A DNA stretch of 63,800 bases, counting the filler, from Asterionella formosa (taxonomy: Eukaryota): NCBI GenBank assembly GCA_002256025.1. It is 14 parts of 14 records of this genome, joined end to end, with 100 filler letters (N's around TTAATTAATTAA, not from the genome) between each part and the next. Parts side by side here need not be neighbours in the genome. Positions count along the whole stretch, not along the records: positions 59,357 to 63,800 come from NKIB01013518.1; 13 more parts are not named here. The stretch is one strand, 5' to 3'. A model generated the notes under the pieces. That model had not been told where the DNA came from and did no database searches. It saw nothing but the letters and a program-made list of their open reading frames with translations. Positions 60,539 to 63,800 of this stretch are shown here, piece after piece. How positions within the stretch are numbered: the first letter of the stretch is position 1; every line of letters starts with the position of its first letter. Made by a program: the position numbers and the translations under genes.

Positions 60539-62335
60539 ATGAACAAGAAAAAGGGCATCATTAATGCCACAAATGCTCCTCGACCACTCAGCATCGTCTC
60601 CGATGACACTCACATTTGTACGCAAGAAAGTATGGCTGGCAAATCGATTAATACAGAAGTCACTGCGGACATGTATCATCATGACTCCTTTTCGTCACGG
60701 CATCAAGGATCGTCCATCTTTGACACAACTGTCGGTTTGAACTCGTCGTCACTGTCCGCCTCGAGACCAATATCTGTTTCCAACATCAAGGTTGTGGGAA
60801 GAAAACGGAGGCAGCAACGAAGAGCAGGAGACGACGATAGCTTCCATTGGTCGTCCGACAATAACATGCTGGATGGAGGGTGCTTTCTGGATGATACCTC
60901 TTCGAACGTGTTTCGGGCAGATGAATTTGGCATGGCTCCATCACGATCAGTTGCTGTTGTGGATCAAGTCGTGACATATCCCAAGACTCAAGAATCTGTT
61001 TCCAAAAACCAATCCAGTCAGAAAGTACGTAACAACAAGGAGGAACGAAGAATTTCGGTCGACAACTCCCTGGCATCCTTGAAGGAAGAGGATAGTTCCC
61101 AAGAAATTAACTATCATTCGTCGAAAGAATCGCGACGAGTCCGACGAGTTATGAATAAAGAAGGGAAATTGGAATCGGAAGAAACAAGGGAGCTGATTGG
61201 AAACCTACTAGAAACATCGCATCATTGGAAATCTCAGAATGTAAATGTCAATACTGAGTCCTTCCCATTGGCTAATGGCAAAAAGAACAGAGCAAGGAAT
61301 CCAGCCCCACGCCGCTCAAAATCTAGGGATATTTCTGACAGCGAATCTGTGCCAAACAAAATGGCTGGTAAAAAGAACCGAGAAGGAAGCCACCTCCGAC
61401 GCACCAATTCTCGTGATAGCATGCCTGTTTCTTCAGACAATGACTTGGTACCAGACCAGGGGGTTAGGAGTGAATTTAAATATACACGAGGAGAAAGGCA
61501 CAGTGACAACATATCTTGTTTTAGTCTGCCTGCTCCTCCTTCAGGGATTGACTCGGTGTCAAACAACGCGACCTGTAAATAGACTCGAGAGGGGCGTCAG
61601 CGACGAACAAAATCGAGGGATAGTCCGCCTGTGTCATCAGACAATGACAATGTTCCCTCCAAGTTGGCAGGGAACAGTAAAGATCGCCGAGAAGGAAACC
61701 ACCAACGAAGAAAATCAAATGCTGGTCTTCTTACAGCCATTCCACTACACGAATACGACAGTCAACAGGCAAAGGAAATCACATTGATTAATTTTCCAGT
61801 CCGGGCCCGTGAAATCCTTGAGCACTGTGACAGTGTGCAAAAGTTGGAACATTGGGTTACGAACTTGGAAGGTGCCTTGTTCATGGCAAAACGGGCATTG
61901 GCAGTACAAGGATATGACGAAGTGGCAACTGTTGGACGTCAGCATACACACGCAAGTGATGTTCCTATAGCGATGATAGAGAACGTACCTCCGGTTACTA
62001 ATTGTGCGATCTTGAAAAGAATTGCCACTCTTCCTGTATCGGAACCTGAAAATTCAGGAGTTTGTGAGGCAACGCCGGCTAAAAAAGGATTTGGCACATT
62101 TTTTCTCAATAGGTCCCTGAAATCAGCCAGCAAGGCTAAGCCACGGGCAAGATCTGTGGAGCCTGGAGTGTCGAACGCTAAATTGCCACGTCGACGATCA
62201 GGAAGTGTGACAAGGACAATCATGGAGCTAACAGCTACGGGACGACATAAGAGTATCGCAGCTTTGGTGACACCTGAGAATTTTGAACTGGAGAAGTCCT
62301 TTGGCCTCCCTGGAATGAATGCACAAAGTAGGTAA
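60539..62335 (+). pseudogene. Disordered Ser/Arg-rich hypothetical protein interrupted by a single in-frame TAG (61580-61582)
   Basis: ORFs 60494-61582 and 61631-62335 share a frame, and the internal repeat (REG..RRT.SRDS.PVSSDND.VP) continues across the stop. Confidence 0.6.
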
Positions 62336-63200
62336 ATTTCAAAACACCGAACGAATGTAGAATTGTTCAAATGAGCAATCCACAATTGAATTGTATGGAA
62401 CAAGCAACACCATCAAGATTTTGTCAAAGAGGTTGACCCGACACTGGTCTTGAGTAATGACAATGTTATCATCGTGGTGAAGCAATAATCAATATGTGTT
62501 GCGTCAAATTTGTATATGTTTATGGCAGCACATGAACCGGTATGTATCTAAAATGTGCACATGCGAAATCGAAATGCTAGCAGACGATAAACAATACGCA
62601 TGTGTCTGTACCTTTATAAAAACAATTTTATAACACTTACCGGTAATATACATCATACATAATAATATATAAATGACACATCAATTTTATTCCATGAGAA
62701 CGGGAAGAACATTTCTCCATCTGACACTGGCGACAGAGCGGCATCAAGTGTTCATAACCGAGTACAATGTACCGCGTGAGCACCGTACAGAAGGTACGCT
62801 CATTCCGTTAGCTACGAGATTAGGTACACTCATGTACCAGGGTACCGGTACTGGTACCTTGCTTAACAACGCTTCGCCAAAGACAGGATTAGTAGTCACA
62901 ATATCGATTACCGGTAGTTCACCTTTATATAGTAGTTCACCTTTATACAGTAGATCACCTTTGTTAACGACAAGGTTCTCTTCAAAACATCAAGCACCAC
63001 GACCCGAAATAAATCGCCCACGAGCAAAATTCCGTTCCGTTGTGATACTAGATCGATGCGCGACACTGTTCCTATTTCCAGAATCAAGTCGTGAAGCACG
63101 TACGGCTTTGTGAGAGGTATTATAGCATTGTCCTCTGTTCTTGTTATAGTTTCGCTCATAGCTATCAGGACAAAGGCTATCTTTCTTTCTTCTGTTGATA

Positions 63201-63800
63201 ATGTTGTTGACTTCTCGTGCCCTGTTGCTCATCACCACTCTTTGGATAGAGTCCCTTCGCAACAACGGTGTTGTTGCAAAGCACTCTTCTCTCCGTTCTG
63301 GAGACAGCGAGGCGCCATCCAAAACCAAGAAATCGAAAGTAATCAAAACGACTTCTGAGGTCCCACTTTGCAAAGATGTCCTGCTCAATGAATGCCCTGC
63401 CATCCCAGATGGTAAAACTGTTCCAGACTATTCTATGTTGTGCTCTGTGCCACTTGAGTGCGTGTATGGTACAGAATCTTGCTGTGGCGAAACTTTTGAC
63501 TCTGTCAAATGTGTATGTTCCCCTACCACTGGATGGACTTGTCTCTTAACTGATGCTTGCCTCAAGAAATCCTGTACTCCCTCCACAAGTCCCTCTGAAG
63601 GTGGTGCTAATGCTGAGAACTCCACCGATATACTACTCAAGGGGTGCCCTCACATCCCAGATGGTGACACCTTTCCAGACTTTTCTATGTTGTGCTCTGT
63701 GCCACTTGATTGCTTCTATGGTACAGAGTCTTGCTGTGGTGAAAATTTTGACCATATCTACTGTAAATGTTCCCCTACCGCTGGGTGGACTTGTTTGTTT
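63201..63800 (+). CDS. Secreted Cys-rich repeat protein, 3' truncated (missing from the ORF track)
   Basis: The ATG at 63201 gives the signal-like MLLTSRALLLITTLWIES. Two 84-aa (252-nt) repeats follow: CP.IPDG...PD.SMLCSVPL.C.YGTESCCGE.FD...C.CSPT.GWTCL. There is no stop before the window end. Confidence 0.85.
   Translation, partial: MLLTSRALLLITTLWIESLRNNGVVAKHSSLRSGDSEAPSKTKKSKVIKTTSEVPLCKDVLLNECPAIPDGKTVPDYSMLCSVPLECVYGTESCCGETFDSVKCVCSPTTGWTCLLTDACLKKSCTPSTSPSEGGANAENSTDILLKGCPHIPDGDTFPDFSMLCSVPLDCFYGTESCCGENFDHIYCKCSPTAGWTCLF

Overview
This window is eukaryotic DNA, most likely from a diatom or other stramenopile. It is not one locus. It contains 14 contigs of about 4.44-4.48 kb, roughly sorted by length and joined by an artificial 100-nt linker (N44-TTAATTAATTAA-N44), so nothing can be inferred from neighbours across a linker. 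Recognisable host genes are a GH47 alpha-1,2-mannosidase, a spliced mitochondrial cytochrome c peroxidase, spliced NAT10/KRE33, a spliced eIF4B-like/W2-domain protein, two LRR proteins and a secreted Cys-rich repeat protein. Much of the rest is decayed mobile DNA: a Plavaka-type transposase, several Ty1/copia (CoDi-like) pieces with LTRs, a Ty3/gypsy RT, a TIR-bounded piggyBac-like relic and a tyrosine-recombinase element. The most notable observations are: (i) a >1,400-aa spliced protein with a stand-alone, divergent RelA/SpoT-synthetase-like domain; (ii) a hypervariable ARM-repeat gene with a CBP/p300-type TAZ zinc-finger segment inserted in frame inside one repeat and a USP34-like fragment fused upstream; (iii) a eukaryotic tyrosine recombinase with a full catalytic set and flanking Cys motifs; (iv) a copia LTR whose primer-binding position is complementary to its own LTR (possible self-priming); (v) an orphan PGRL1 exon among TE debris. 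All family assignments come from reading motifs by eye; no database searches were run.
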